Virus record (IMG/VR): IMGVR_UViG_3300025838_000091
Span: 1-33,533 of that record
Strand: one strand, 5' to 3'
DNA from: a virus
Lineage: Duplodnaviria; Caudoviricetes
DNA length: 33,533 bases
Shown here: one piece after another, positions 24,410 through 33,533 of the stretch
Layout: every line of letters begins with the position of its first letter
Numbering within the stretch: the stretch's first letter is position 1
Position numbers and translations under genes: made by a program
The notes under the pieces: model-generated
The model's database searches: none
The model's input: only the letters and a program-made list of their open reading frames with translations
Told to the model about the DNA's origin: nothing

Positions 24410-24856
24410 ATGGCAGGACGCAAGCCAAAACCGACGACGTTAAAGCTTATTCAGGGCAATCCGGGCAAGCGCCCGATCAACAAGTCAGAGCCAGTTGCAA
24501 AGGGCGAAGTTGAAATGCCGGATTGGTTAAGCGACTCGGCAAAATCACAATGGGAAATTGTCAGTAAGACGCTGAAACAGTCTGGGCTTTTGACTGCGCT
24601 TGATAGTCAGTCACTGGCTTTGTATTGCGAGGCTTTTGCGCGATTTAAAGAAGCGTCCGATGCGCTAGCTCGAGACGGGGCGATGATCGTCACACCTAAT
24701 GGGATGACAATGCAATCGCCGTGGCTTGCGGTCGCAAACAAAAGCCACGATCAAATGGTCAAGTTGTTGGCTGAATTTGGTATGACGCCAAGTTCACGGA
24801 GCAAAGTGACCGCAACCAAACAAGACGAAGTTAATCCTTTTGCGAGATTCAGTTAA
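24410..24856 (+). CDS. terS: Terminase small subunit, P27 family
   Basis: MAGRKPKPT.LK...GNPGKRP...EFGMTPSSRS. Confidence 0.92.
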   Translation: MAGRKPKPTTLKLIQGNPGKRPINKSEPVAKGEVEMPDWLSDSAKSQWEIVSKTLKQSGLLTALDSQSLALYCEAFARFKEASDALARDGAMIVTPNGMTMQSPWLAVANKSHDQMVKLLAEFGMTPSSRSKVTATKQDEVNPFARFS

Positions 24857-24858
24857 GT

Positions 24859-26550
24859 GTGTCGAGCCATATTGATCGCTGCAATGACTATGCCCGAGGT
24901 GTAGTCGCGGGGAAAATTCCTGCTGCGAAATACATTAGGCTCGCCTGTCAGAAGCACATCGATGACCTGAAATTAAGTAAGAAGAAGGAATTTAAATACA
25001 AGTTTGATAACGATGCGGCATCCAAGGCTTGCGAGTTTATTGAACTATTCCCACACGTTAAGGGAAAATGGGCGAGGACGTTAGAGCGGATTGTTTTAGA
25101 GCCGTGGCAATGCTTCATCCTTTGTAATATTTTTGGTTGGCTGAGAAAGTCTGACAAACGACGGCGGTACCGATCGGCGTACATCAAGGTTCCTCGAAAA
25201 AACGGCAAGTCGATGCTGGCCGCTGGAATCGGTTTGTACATGCTGCTGGCAGACAAAGAGCCGGGTGCCGAGATTTATTCGGGCGCGACAACCGAGAAAC
25301 AGGCGTGGGAGACGTTTAGGCCGGCCAAGGATATGCTGGTAAAAACGCCTAATGCATTGCAATATTTTGGCGTTGAAGTTTTTGCTAAATCGATTTCGTC
25401 GGCAAAGACTGGATCCCGCTTTGAGCCTGTGATTGGCAAGCCTGGAGACGGTTCCAGTCCGCATTGTTGTTTAGTCGACGAGTATCACGAGCACGATACG
25501 CCTGATCTGTACAACACGATGGAAACTGGGATGGGTGCGCGAGAGCAGCCATTGATGTTGGTGATTACGACTGCCGGTTTTAACCTTGCAGGTCCGTGTT
25601 ATGAGAAAGAAACCGAGTTAAAGCGGGTTCTTGATGGCGTGGTCGACAACCCCGAGTTGTTCGGCATGATCTACGGTATTGATGACGAGGACGACTGGAG
25701 CGATCCGGCGTCGCTCAGGAAGGCCAATCCGAATTATGGTGTTTCCGTCGATGCCGAGTTTTTGGAGTCAGCACAGCGTCAAGCTTTACAAAATCCAGTT
25801 CAACAAAACAGATTTAAGACGAAGCACCTAAACGTATGGTGCTCGGCTCGAGCCGCGTGGATGAACATGCAGCTCTGGCACCTTGCGGGTGATCCGCTGC
25901 TGACGATTGATGAGTTGGCTGGTGAAGAATGCTGGTTTGGTATTGACCTAGCGTCTAAAACCGACCTTTGCACTTTGCAGATTTTGTTTCGTAAACAGCT
26001 AGCTGGTGAAGATCACTATTACTTGTTTGGTCGGTATTGGTTGCCAGAGGATACGGTTAACGAGCCCGGCATCAATCACGCGTCATATGTGAAATGGCAA
26101 AAGCAGGGTGTATTGACCGTGACGGACGGTGCCACGGTGGATTTTGAACAGGTAACCGAGGAAGTCGTTGAGTTGATGAAAAGACTCAATCCCGCCGAGG
26201 TGGTGTTTGATCCATTCAATGCTACGCAAATGAGCCAGAATTTAATGGCTGCAGGTGGCACAACTGTTGAGTTTACGCAAACGCCTCAGAACTTTGCGCT
26301 ACCGATGGATGAGATTTTGTCGATGCTTAAAGCCAATCGGTTGCATCACGACGGTAACGAAATGACAACGTGGTGCATGAGTAACGTGGTTGGGCGAATC
26401 GCTCGGAAGGGCTTGTTGGCTCCAACCAAAGAACGGCCAGAAAACAAAATAGATGGAGCGGTGGCGGCAATTATGGCTATGAGTCGCCCAATTTCAAGCG
26501 ATCCGAAGCCCTTTGTGATCGACTCAACGTATCAAATTTTAATGGTCTAG
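24859..26550 (+). CDS. terL: Terminase large subunit
   Basis: PRKNGKS Walker A, VDEYHEH Walker B, ITTAG, GIDLAS and KIDG. Confidence 0.95.
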   Translation: MSSHIDRCNDYARGVVAGKIPAAKYIRLACQKHIDDLKLSKKKEFKYKFDNDAASKACEFIELFPHVKGKWARTLERIVLEPWQCFILCNIFGWLRKSDKRRRYRSAYIKVPRKNGKSMLAAGIGLYMLLADKEPGAEIYSGATTEKQAWETFRPAKDMLVKTPNALQYFGVEVFAKSISSAKTGSRFEPVIGKPGDGSSPHCCLVDEYHEHDTPDLYNTMETGMGAREQPLMLVITTAGFNLAGPCYEKETELKRVLDGVVDNPELFGMIYGIDDEDDWSDPASLRKANPNYGVSVDAEFLESAQRQALQNPVQQNRFKTKHLNVWCSARAAWMNMQLWHLAGDPLLTIDELAGEECWFGIDLASKTDLCTLQILFRKQLAGEDHYYLFGRYWLPEDTVNEPGINHASYVKWQKQGVLTVTDGATVDFEQVTEEVVELMKRLNPAEVVFDPFNATQMSQNLMAAGGTTVEFTQTPQNFALPMDEILSMLKANRLHHDGNEMTTWCMSNVVGRIARKGLLAPTKERPENKIDGAVAAIMAMSRPISSDPKPFVIDSTYQILMV

Positions 26551-26553
26551 CGA

Positions 26554-28083
26554 ATGGGTTTATTGAGTTTCTTAACGGGTCGCAAAGCGTCGATGGATGA
26601 CCGCTCGGCGTATGGCTCGTTCTGGTTTAACCCTCTTGGTTTTGGCAATTCCGCAGGCATGCGCGTCTCGCCTGACACCGCCATGCGGATCGGTGCGGTG
26701 TATGCGTCGGTTCGCGTGTTGTCGGAGACCATGGCATCGTTGCCATTTTGCCTGACCAGACCTCGCGCCGACGGCGGCAAAGATCGAGTAACCGATCACT
26801 GGGCATATCGGTTGTTCAATCGTCGGCCTAACGAGTTTCAAACGCCATTTGAGTTCAGGGAAATGCTGCAAGGTCATTTGGCATTGCGCGGAAATGCTTA
26901 CAGTCAGATTTTCACTAATCAAAAAGGTGAAATTACCGATTTGCTGCCAATCTCACCAGATGCAATCACGGTTGAGATTTTAGAAAACGGTGATTATCGG
27001 TACCGGGTGCGCCTACGAAACGGCGACACGACAGTATTGAGTCGAAGCGAAGTTTGGCATTTGCGTGGGCTGTCGAGCGACGGAATTTTAGGTTTGTCGC
27101 CGATTGCGATGGCTCGCGAGAGTTTCGGGGCGGCGCTCGCCGCTCAAGATTACTCGAACCGATTTTTTAGCAACGACGCAAAGCCGACTGGCGGCTGGCT
27201 TGAAATGCCCGGAGTTTTTAAGGACGCCGAGGCCAGAAAAGTTTTTCAAGAATCGTTACAAAATGCTCAGTCCGGCTCAAATCGTCACAAGCTGATGGTT
27301 CTAGACAATGGCATGAAGTATCACGAGGTCGGCATAAACAACCGTGATTCACAATTTCTGGAACTTAGACAGTATCAAGTTACAGACATTGCAAGGATTT
27401 TTAGGATTCCGCCGCACCTGATTGGTGACTTGTCCCGAGCGACGTTTACAAACATCGAGCAACAATCGCTTGAGTTTGCAACGTACACGATGACTCCGTG
27501 GGCCGAGCGATGGGAGTCATCTATTGAATCTCAACTGCTGCTTGACAGCGACAACCTAGAAGTAGAGTTTGACTTTGACAACCTCTTGCGAGGCGATCAG
27601 GCCGCACGTGCCGCGTTTTATTCGTCCGGTATTAACGCAGGCTGGCTAACCAGAAACGAAGCCCGTGTTGCCGAGAATTTGAACCCAATCGAGGGCTTGG
27701 ATGAACCGCTTGTTCCTCTGAATATGGTCGAGGATGATGGCGAAACTGAGGCCAGCGAAACGAGCGAATTGCCGCCGCAAGACACCGCGAGCGCAAGGTA
27801 TCAAGCGCGATTAAATGCGATCTTGCAGTCAAGCGTTGATCGCTTGGCTCGTCGCGAAATCGGAATGATTGCGGGTTTCGTTAAATCATCGACCCCTCAC
27901 GATCAGGTTAAAGAACAGTATTTGGCGTTTGGTCAGATTGTGTCGGACGCGCTAGGCGTCGATGCTTCGCTTTACGTGGCTGATCGATGTTTGCAATTCT
28001 GCGCCCTGCAGTCGGGCGAGATTGAATTATTTACTAGGTCGGCTGCGACTGAGTTGGCTCGATTGGCCGAATTGGAGAAATAG
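26554..28083 (+). CDS. HK97-family portal protein
   Basis: AVYASVRVLSE..ASLP, G.SPI, IARIFRIPPH.IG, NIEQQ and T.NEAR..ENL.P. Confidence 0.95.
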   Translation: MGLLSFLTGRKASMDDRSAYGSFWFNPLGFGNSAGMRVSPDTAMRIGAVYASVRVLSETMASLPFCLTRPRADGGKDRVTDHWAYRLFNRRPNEFQTPFEFREMLQGHLALRGNAYSQIFTNQKGEITDLLPISPDAITVEILENGDYRYRVRLRNGDTTVLSRSEVWHLRGLSSDGILGLSPIAMARESFGAALAAQDYSNRFFSNDAKPTGGWLEMPGVFKDAEARKVFQESLQNAQSGSNRHKLMVLDNGMKYHEVGINNRDSQFLELRQYQVTDIARIFRIPPHLIGDLSRATFTNIEQQSLEFATYTMTPWAERWESSIESQLLLDSDNLEVEFDFDNLLRGDQAARAAFYSSGINAGWLTRNEARVAENLNPIEGLDEPLVPLNMVEDDGETEASETSELPPQDTASARYQARLNAILQSSVDRLARREIGMIAGFVKSSTPHDQVKEQYLAFGQIVSDALGVDASLYVADRCLQFCALQSGEIELFTRSAATELARLAELEK

Positions 28084-28085
28084 AC

Positions 28086-29012
28086 ATGAAACGTGAATTG
28101 TTAATCAGCGAGTTTTTATCGACCCCTTGGGCATTGATGCCAGAGCGTCTAAACGCGATGACCGCTGTATTGGCTCGTTGGAATTTAGGTATTCCGGCAG
28201 GCCAAAGCACCATGGCGAATATTGAGGCCGCGAAAGAGGCCAGAGCAGCCCGAGCCGCGTCTGTTCCGACTCAGGGCGGTATTGCCGTTCTGCCTTTGTA
28301 TGGAATCGTGACTCAGCGCGGCAATATGGCTGATGACGTGTCGGGTCCAGGCTCGGTGAGCACACAGCAATTCGGTTCTGCCCTGACAAACCTGATTAAC
28401 GACGACTCGGTCGGTCAAATTCTGATCGATATTGACTCACCCGGCGGATCCGTCTACGGGGTGTCTGAGCTTGCCGATCAAATTATTGCGGCACGCGCAA
28501 AAAAGCCAATCGTGGCCATCGCCAATTCCCTTGCTGCATCTGCGGCCTATTGGATCGGATGTTCTGCCTCAGAGTTTTACGTCACGCCGGGCGGTGAGGT
28601 CGGGTCAATCGGGGTATGGCAAGCACATAACGATTATTCAAAAGCCCTTGCAGATGAGGGCGTTGTGACCACGTTGATCTCGGCCGGAAAATTTAAGGTT
28701 GAAGGAAATCCTTATGAACCTTTGGATGAGGAAGCTCGCGCTTTCATGCAGTCTCGTGTTGATGATTATTACTCGGCATTTACCAAGGCCGTCGCAAAAG
28801 GTCGAGGTGTGCCCATTGATACGGTTCGAAACGGTATGGGTCAAGGTCGAGTATTGGGTGCAGACGAAGCGCTTGCCAACAAAATGGTTGATGGTGTCGC
28901 CACGTTTGACGATGTTTTGTCGCAGATGAAGAAAAAAGGACAGGCAACACGCATGCCAGCTAAGGCGAGCCGTCTGTCTGCCGCTGCAAACGAGTTGAAA
29001 TTGATTGCTTGA
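28086..29012 (+). CDS. Prohead maturation protease, S49 family
   Basis: IDSPGGSV, AASAAYWI, GSIGV and AGKFK. Confidence 0.92.
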   Translation: MKRELLISEFLSTPWALMPERLNAMTAVLARWNLGIPAGQSTMANIEAAKEARAARAASVPTQGGIAVLPLYGIVTQRGNMADDVSGPGSVSTQQFGSALTNLINDDSVGQILIDIDSPGGSVYGVSELADQIIAARAKKPIVAIANSLAASAAYWIGCSASEFYVTPGGEVGSIGVWQAHNDYSKALADEGVVTTLISAGKFKVEGNPYEPLDEEARAFMQSRVDDYYSAFTKAVAKGRGVPIDTVRNGMGQGRVLGADEALANKMVDGVATFDDVLSQMKKKGQATRMPAKASRLSAAANELKLIA

Positions 29013-29074
29013 ATCGGGAGTCCGTTGACTGCCAAAAGTAGTGAGGCTATCCGTCGATAGCTAAAAAATCCGAT

Positions 29075-29096
29075 GCGCCGAAAGGCGCTTTTTTTT
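29075..29096 (+). terminator. Terminator-like hairpin upstream of the capsid gene
   Basis: GCGCC-GAAA-GGCGC followed by T8. Confidence 0.6.
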
Positions 29097-29145
29097 ATGC
29101 CCAAAGCCACCCGTTGAGGTGGCTTTTTTATTTGGAGTATTCAAA

Positions 29146-30474
29146 ATGAGTAAAAAAATCCGCGAACTGCAGGCCAAACGAGCCGCTGCCGCACAAGCCA
29201 AAAATGAAAGCCTGAAAAGCGCAGGCGCAATTTTGGAAAAAGCCAACACCGAAGCCCGTGATCTAACGGACGACGAGCAGGCACAATTTGACTCATACAA
29301 GGCATCCGCTGACGCAAAAGGCGCGGAAATGTCTCGTATTCAAGCGCAGATCGATATTGAGCAAGACATCGCCGCTCAATCCGCTTTTGTTGAGCCTGTT
29401 GCAGATGCCTACATTTCGGTGACAGAAAACGCTGACAAAGACGAAAAGCGCGGTTTCAAATCTTTTGGCGACTTTATGTCGTCAGTGCATCAGGCAGCAT
29501 TGCCTAATATGCGCCCAGATCCTCGCTTGGCTGCAACGCCGTCCTTATATTCTGGCGAATCGACAGGCGCCGATGGTGGCTTTTTGGTTCCACCTGAGTT
29601 CAGTAAAGAAATTTTTACGCTGTCTTTGACAGAAGATTCTTTGTTGCCTCTGACCGATACGGCCGAGATCAGCTCGAACTCAATGGTTATCCCAAAAGAC
29701 GAGACCACTCCTTGGGGAACCAATGGCATTCGCGCTTATTGGCAGGGTGAATCAAGTGCTGCGACAGGTACCAAGCCTGTTCTCGGCGCAATGGCTCTGC
29801 GTCTGAAAAAGTTGATGGCACTCGTTCCGGCATCCGATGAAATGCTTGAGGATTCGACGATGTTGACCAGCTACTTGCCAAACAAGATTGCTGACTCGAT
29901 TCGCTGGAAAACCAACGAGGCGCTGTTGTTCGGTACTGGCGGACCCGTGCCTTTTGGCGCGTTTTCCGGTAACGCAGTAATCACTCAGTCAAAAGATACC
30001 GGCCAAGCGACTAAGACGCTCACAGCAACCAATTTGGCGAACATGATCGCTCGGTTGCCTCCCGCATCATTTGGCCGCGCTGTCTGGCTGATTAACAATG
30101 ACGTGCTGCCAGCACTCTTTACCCTGACGCTCGGCAATTACCCAATTTATTTCCCCATGGGTAATCAACAAACCGGCGCAATCCAGACGAGCCCCTACGG
30201 AACGCTTTTAGGTCGCCCTGTAATCGTTACTCAACACGCCAATACGTTTAGCTCGCAAGGAGACGTTCTGCTGGCCGACATGAGTTATGTCCAAACGATC
30301 ACCAAGGCTGGCGGTTTCCGCACCGACACATCGATGCACATTTATTTCGATGCCGATGCGACAGCCTTCCGCACTGTGTTCCGTCTCGATGCACAGCCAA
30401 AGATCACGGCTGCAATCAGTCCTGCTAAAGGCGCGAACTCTCTGTCACCTTTTGTCCAGCTAGCCGCGCGCTAA
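29146..30474 (+). CDS. HK97-fold major capsid protein
   Basis: N-terminal coiled-coil delta-like domain, DGGFLVPPEF, LLGRPVI; ATG at 29146 with GGAG RBS. Confidence 0.93.
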   Translation: MSKKIRELQAKRAAAAQAKNESLKSAGAILEKANTEARDLTDDEQAQFDSYKASADAKGAEMSRIQAQIDIEQDIAAQSAFVEPVADAYISVTENADKDEKRGFKSFGDFMSSVHQAALPNMRPDPRLAATPSLYSGESTGADGGFLVPPEFSKEIFTLSLTEDSLLPLTDTAEISSNSMVIPKDETTPWGTNGIRAYWQGESSAATGTKPVLGAMALRLKKLMALVPASDEMLEDSTMLTSYLPNKIADSIRWKTNEALLFGTGGPVPFGAFSGNAVITQSKDTGQATKTLTATNLANMIARLPPASFGRAVWLINNDVLPALFTLTLGNYPIYFPMGNQQTGAIQTSPYGTLLGRPVIVTQHANTFSSQGDVLLADMSYVQTITKAGGFRTDTSMHIYFDADATAFRTVFRLDAQPKITAAISPAKGANSLSPFVQLAAR

Positions 30475-30486
30475 TCGGACAGCCTC

Positions 30487-30510
30487 GCTCGGGTTCGCCC
30501 GAGCAGTTTT
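30487..30510 (+). terminator. Hairpin/terminator after the capsid gene
   Basis: GCTCGGG-TTCG-CCCGAGC-AGTTTT. Confidence 0.5.
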
Positions 30511-30536
30511 CAAATTTAATTGTTTAGGAGAAACGT

Positions 30537-30968
30537 ATGTTTCCAAATGCAAAAGGATCCGAGTTGGTCGGAGTAGTTGGCAATATTCCGGCTCAGGCCG
30601 TGGCTGGTGCCTCAGTTACGTCCGGCTGGATTTCAATGGCTCAGTTGTTTTCACTTTTGGCTTTGATTGAAGTGGCTGCGCTTGGTGCTAGCGCATCGGT
30701 TGCTGCCTCTATTAGTCAGGCTATCGACAATCAAGGCACCAGTGCAAAAGCTTTGAAATCAATTGCACCCATCACCAGCTCGAATCAAATCGCGCTTGCT
30801 GATGTGCTGGCCGATAGCTTGGATGGTGCCAATGGCTTCTCGTATGTCCAGCTAACACTGACGGTTACTGGCGCATCCAGCATCGTTGGCGCAAAACTGC
30901 TGGCCACTACTGATCGCTATTACCCAGCGAGCTCGCAGAATATTTCTGCTGTTTCGCAAATCGTTTAA
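30537..30968 (+). CDS. Probable head decoration/cement protein
   Basis: AGGAG RBS; 143-aa Ala/Ser-rich beta protein directly after the capsid gene. Confidence 0.55.
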   Translation: MFPNAKGSELVGVVGNIPAQAVAGASVTSGWISMAQLFSLLALIEVAALGASASVAASISQAIDNQGTSAKALKSIAPITSSNQIALADVLADSLDGANGFSYVQLTLTVTGASSIVGAKLLATTDRYYPASSQNISAVSQIV

Positions 30969-31023
30969 CAGCTGAAAACAAGCTAGTGGCCTCACAAGGG
31001 CCACTAGCCTTGTGGAATTCAAA

Positions 31024-31644
31024 ATGTCGCTTAAACAATTATCTGTATCGACGGATGAGCCAGTCACGCTTGCCGAGGCGAAGTTGCACCTTCGCGTGGA
31101 AACGGATGACGACGACACCTTGATTGCGTCGTTAATCACGGCTGCGCGCCAAGGGGCAGAGACAATGACACAACGTCAGCTTATGACGGCTCGGTGGCGT
31201 CTTTATCTCGACTCGTTTCCTGCAGGCCAAATGTTTGCGCCTTTTGGGGCGGCATTTTCAATTCCACAAACTGCAATTTTGTTGCATAAACCTCCGCTTC
31301 AATCTGTGGATTCAATCAATTATCTGGATATGAGCGGGGCGCAACAAACGCTAGACTCGTCGAAATATACGGTTGACCTCTCATGTGAGCCTGCTCGCAT
31401 TACGCCGATATTTGGAACGGTTTGGCCTCCAACATTGCCTCAGATCAATGCTGTGTGGGTTGATTTCACGGCAGGCTATGCCGACGCTTCGAGCGTGCCA
31501 GACGGCATCAAGGCTTGGATAAAAATACGCGTCGGATCGCTGTATATGCACCGAGAGGAAGTTGCCATTTTGCCTCGTGGGAAAATGGAAGAGCTGCCCT
31601 TCGTCAATACTTTGCTGGATCCGTATCGAGTGGTGACGATGTGA
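31024..31644 (+). CDS. Head-tail connector (gp6/SPP1 gp15-like)
   Basis: EPVTLAEAKLHLRV..DDD.LI..LI.AAR...FTAGY...VP..IK...Y.HRE...LLDPYR. Confidence 0.9.
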   Translation: MSLKQLSVSTDEPVTLAEAKLHLRVETDDDDTLIASLITAARQGAETMTQRQLMTARWRLYLDSFPAGQMFAPFGAAFSIPQTAILLHKPPLQSVDSINYLDMSGAQQTLDSSKYTVDLSCEPARITPIFGTVWPPTLPQINAVWVDFTAGYADASSVPDGIKAWIKIRVGSLYMHREEVAILPRGKMEELPFVNTLLDPYRVVTM

Positions 31645-31985
31645 TTGCGGCAGGCGAGCTTCGGCACAGAATATCTGTGCAAGAGTTGTCCAGGACACCT
31701 GATTCTCTTGGGCAACTTACAGACACGTGGACTACGGTCTTAGATAACATTTCCTGCGTAATTGAGGATTTGTCCGGCAAGCAATTAGAGGCCGCACAAG
31801 CGATGAGTAGCGAAATCAATACTTTGATACGTCTAAGGTACAACGCTGCGATCACAAACCGCATGCGAGTGTCGTACCCAGCGAAGAATCAAACGTTTAA
31901 GATTGTTGCGGTGTTAAACGTAGACTCAATGAATGTTGAACAGCATTTAATGTGTTCGCGCAACTTGGTGAAGATGTCCACATGA
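31641..31985 (+). CDS. Head closure / head-tail adaptor (SPP1 gp16-like)
   Basis: GTG at 31641; AGELRHRI..Q...D..G....W...IR.RY...I...MRV. Confidence 0.85.
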   Translation: MIAAGELRHRISVQELSRTPDSLGQLTDTWTTVLDNISCVIEDLSGKQLEAAQAMSSEINTLIRLRYNAAITNRMRVSYPAKNQTFKIVAVLNVDSMNVEQHLMCSRNLVKMST

Positions 31986-32341
31986 CGAATGACGATCAAG
32001 TGGCGGCGGCACTGGCAACAATTTCTGCTATTTCGTCGTACCCGATTCGACCTGACGTGGCAGATTACGAAGACGTGCCACCCTACATCATTTATCAAGA
32101 GGTGTCGCAACCGAATGGTGGCTATACCTTAATGGGCTTGGCGTCTCTTAGCCCCAGTCGCTATCAGATCGACGTGTATTCGCTGACTCGATCTGAGGCC
32201 GCAAGGCTGGCGGACGCAATATGCGTAGGACTGTATACGGCGATAGGTGCTGTTAAGCACTCTCGTTCTAGCCATTACGACGCAAGCACTCATTTAAGGC
32301 GCGTCACGCTAGATTTTTATATGTGGCTACCCAACACTTAG
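31982..32341 (+). CDS. Tail completion/terminator protein (DUF3168-like)
   Basis: PPYIIYQ.VS...RYQIDVYS.T...A..LA...R.TLDF; ATG at 31982. Confidence 0.75.
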   Translation: MTNDDQVAAALATISAISSYPIRPDVADYEDVPPYIIYQEVSQPNGGYTLMGLASLSPSRYQIDVYSLTRSEAARLADAICVGLYTAIGAVKHSRSSHYDASTHLRRVTLDFYMWLPNT

Positions 32342-32359
32342 TTTTGCAGCAATTAACCC

Positions 32360-32387
32360 ATCCCGTCTTTATGGCGGGATTTTTTTT
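32360..32387 (+). terminator. Terminator-like hairpin
   Basis: ATCCCGTC-TTTAT-GGCGGGAT followed by T7. Confidence 0.55.
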
Positions 32388-32397
32388 GGAGTAAACA

Positions 32398-32895
32398 ATG
32401 AGCAATGCAATTCGATCTGATGGCACAACCATCGCCTTTGGTGGGTCGTTTACCAAAACCGATCCATTAACCGCGGCTGCAATTACCACTGCTGCCGCTG
32501 CCATATCAACATGGGACGCATTTGAAGAGGTTACGGAAATCAAGCCGTCCGGTCAAAAAGTCGACGAAATTGATGTCACGCATCTTGCTTCCGCATCCAA
32601 AGAATTTGTGCTGGGTTTGGAAGATTCAGGGATGATCGACGTCACCATGAATTTCACTGGTGCAACCGCTCAACAGGCTGTTCTTACTGCCAAAACCGCT
32701 AAAACCTTGGCTTTGTACAAAATCAGCCTCGGCGCAAATCAGCTTACCAATCCAGCAACGTATACGTTTGCTGCCTACGTGACGAAAGCTGAAATTCCAG
32801 ACGCAAAGGTCAACGGCAAAATCGAGCTGAACGTGACGCTTCGCATTACTGGTCCTGTCGTTCTCGCCCTCGGCTCCTTGACCTCTACAGAGTAA
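32398..32895 (+). CDS. Major tail tube protein
   Basis: IDVTHL.S..KEF..GL.D.G...NF...F.AYV...LRITG; GGAG RBS. Confidence 0.88.
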   Translation: MSNAIRSDGTTIAFGGSFTKTDPLTAAAITTAAAAISTWDAFEEVTEIKPSGQKVDEIDVTHLASASKEFVLGLEDSGMIDVTMNFTGATAQQAVLTAKTAKTLALYKISLGANQLTNPATYTFAAYVTKAEIPDAKVNGKIELNVTLRITGPVVLALGSLTSTE

Positions 32896-32902
32896 TCACA
32901 AA

Positions 32903-33229
32903 ATGTCTGAAAAAGCACAATTGTTCTTTGCCGCTGCGCAACTTAAAACCGTCGATTTCGAGTTGCCCGGCCTGGGTGTGGTGCAGGTGTCGGAGTTATC
33001 CGAGGCGAGCGTTTCGGAAATTCGCGCTATTGCTGATGCGCTTACTGATGAAAATCAAAAGCGCAATGCGATGACCGAGGGCATGATTGTTCGCTCAATC
33101 CTGCAGGACGGTGCGCCTGTGTTTACCGATGACGATGCCAAAAACCTGCATACGGCCATTGGTAACGCCCTGTTCCAAACAATCGCTGAAAAAGTCTTTA
33201 GCGTTAATGGGTTTGGCACGGGAAACTAA
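32903..33229 (+). CDS. Tail assembly chaperone (gpG-like)
   Basis: Follows the tail tube gene; ends in the slippery heptamer GGGAAAC before TAA. Confidence 0.8.
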   Translation: MSEKAQLFFAAAQLKTVDFELPGLGVVQVSELSEASVSEIRAIADALTDENQKRNAMTEGMIVRSILQDGAPVFTDDDAKNLHTAIGNALFQTIAEKVFSVNGFGTGN

Positions 33230-33533
33230 CTCCCGAGCGTCGGTTTAAGCATCGGCTGGCGCTCGGTTTAGGCAGGACGGTTGCAGAGCTCGAGGCAAGT
33301 ATCTCAAGCGCTGAATTTCAGGATTGGATTCGATACTACAACGTCGAGCCGTGGGGAACGCCTGTGCTGGATGCGATCTCCGCGCAGCATTTGAGTATGT
33401 CTGCAAACATCAATCGGAATGCCAAGGAACGATCGGAGCCGTTTAGACCGAAAGAGTTTTTATTGTTTACTCAGCCGGCCTCGGACGACAAAAAAGACGT
33501 TTCAACGGTTCGATTAAAAGCGTTTTTGGACGC
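33220..33533 (+). CDS. gpT-like extension of the tail chaperone via -1 frameshift (runs off the window)
   Basis: The -1 frame from G GGA AAC reads GKLTPERRFKHRLALGLGRTVAELEASISSAEFQDWIRYYNVEPWG..., which is typical gpGT/DUF4035. Confidence 0.8.

Noticed and set aside
30982-31008. Strong hairpin GCTAGTGGCC-N7-GGCCACTAGC as a terminator
   Set aside because: It has no U-tract and is more likely an mRNA stability or processing stem; its function cannot be supported from the sequence.

Overview
This window is a contiguous 33.5-kb segment of a temperate, lambdoid/HK97-like siphophage; a betaproteobacterial host is likely but inferred only from gene content. Gene order is: end of tail/virion genes; metallophosphoesterase; lysis module (GH73 endolysin, holin-like proteins, two lipoproteins, patatin); a separately promoted 3-gene leftward operon; tyrosine integrase, attP (tRNA 3' end) and Xis; early-left operon (DUF1566, exonuclease, RecT); OL, cI, OR, cro, cII; nin/replication region; HNH, probable cos, terminase, portal, S49 protease, capsid, head-tail joining, tail tube and a frameshifted tail chaperone. 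attP and the probable cos region are both intact, so the DNA is probably the excised/circular form. The most interesting element is the operon at 5827-6944, which looks like an anti-CRISPR locus. It has a strong promoter with a palindromic operator, an unknown acidic 98-aa gene, an AcrIF18-like domain fused to an unknown domain, and an Aca10-like HTH, with a repeated 20-nt leader before each of the two cargo genes. Also notable are a patatin plus two-lipoprotein lysis module with no canonical spanins, an orphan DGR-type variable region, and several structured non-coding elements. All family assignments come from motif recognition and recalled sequences, not database searches.
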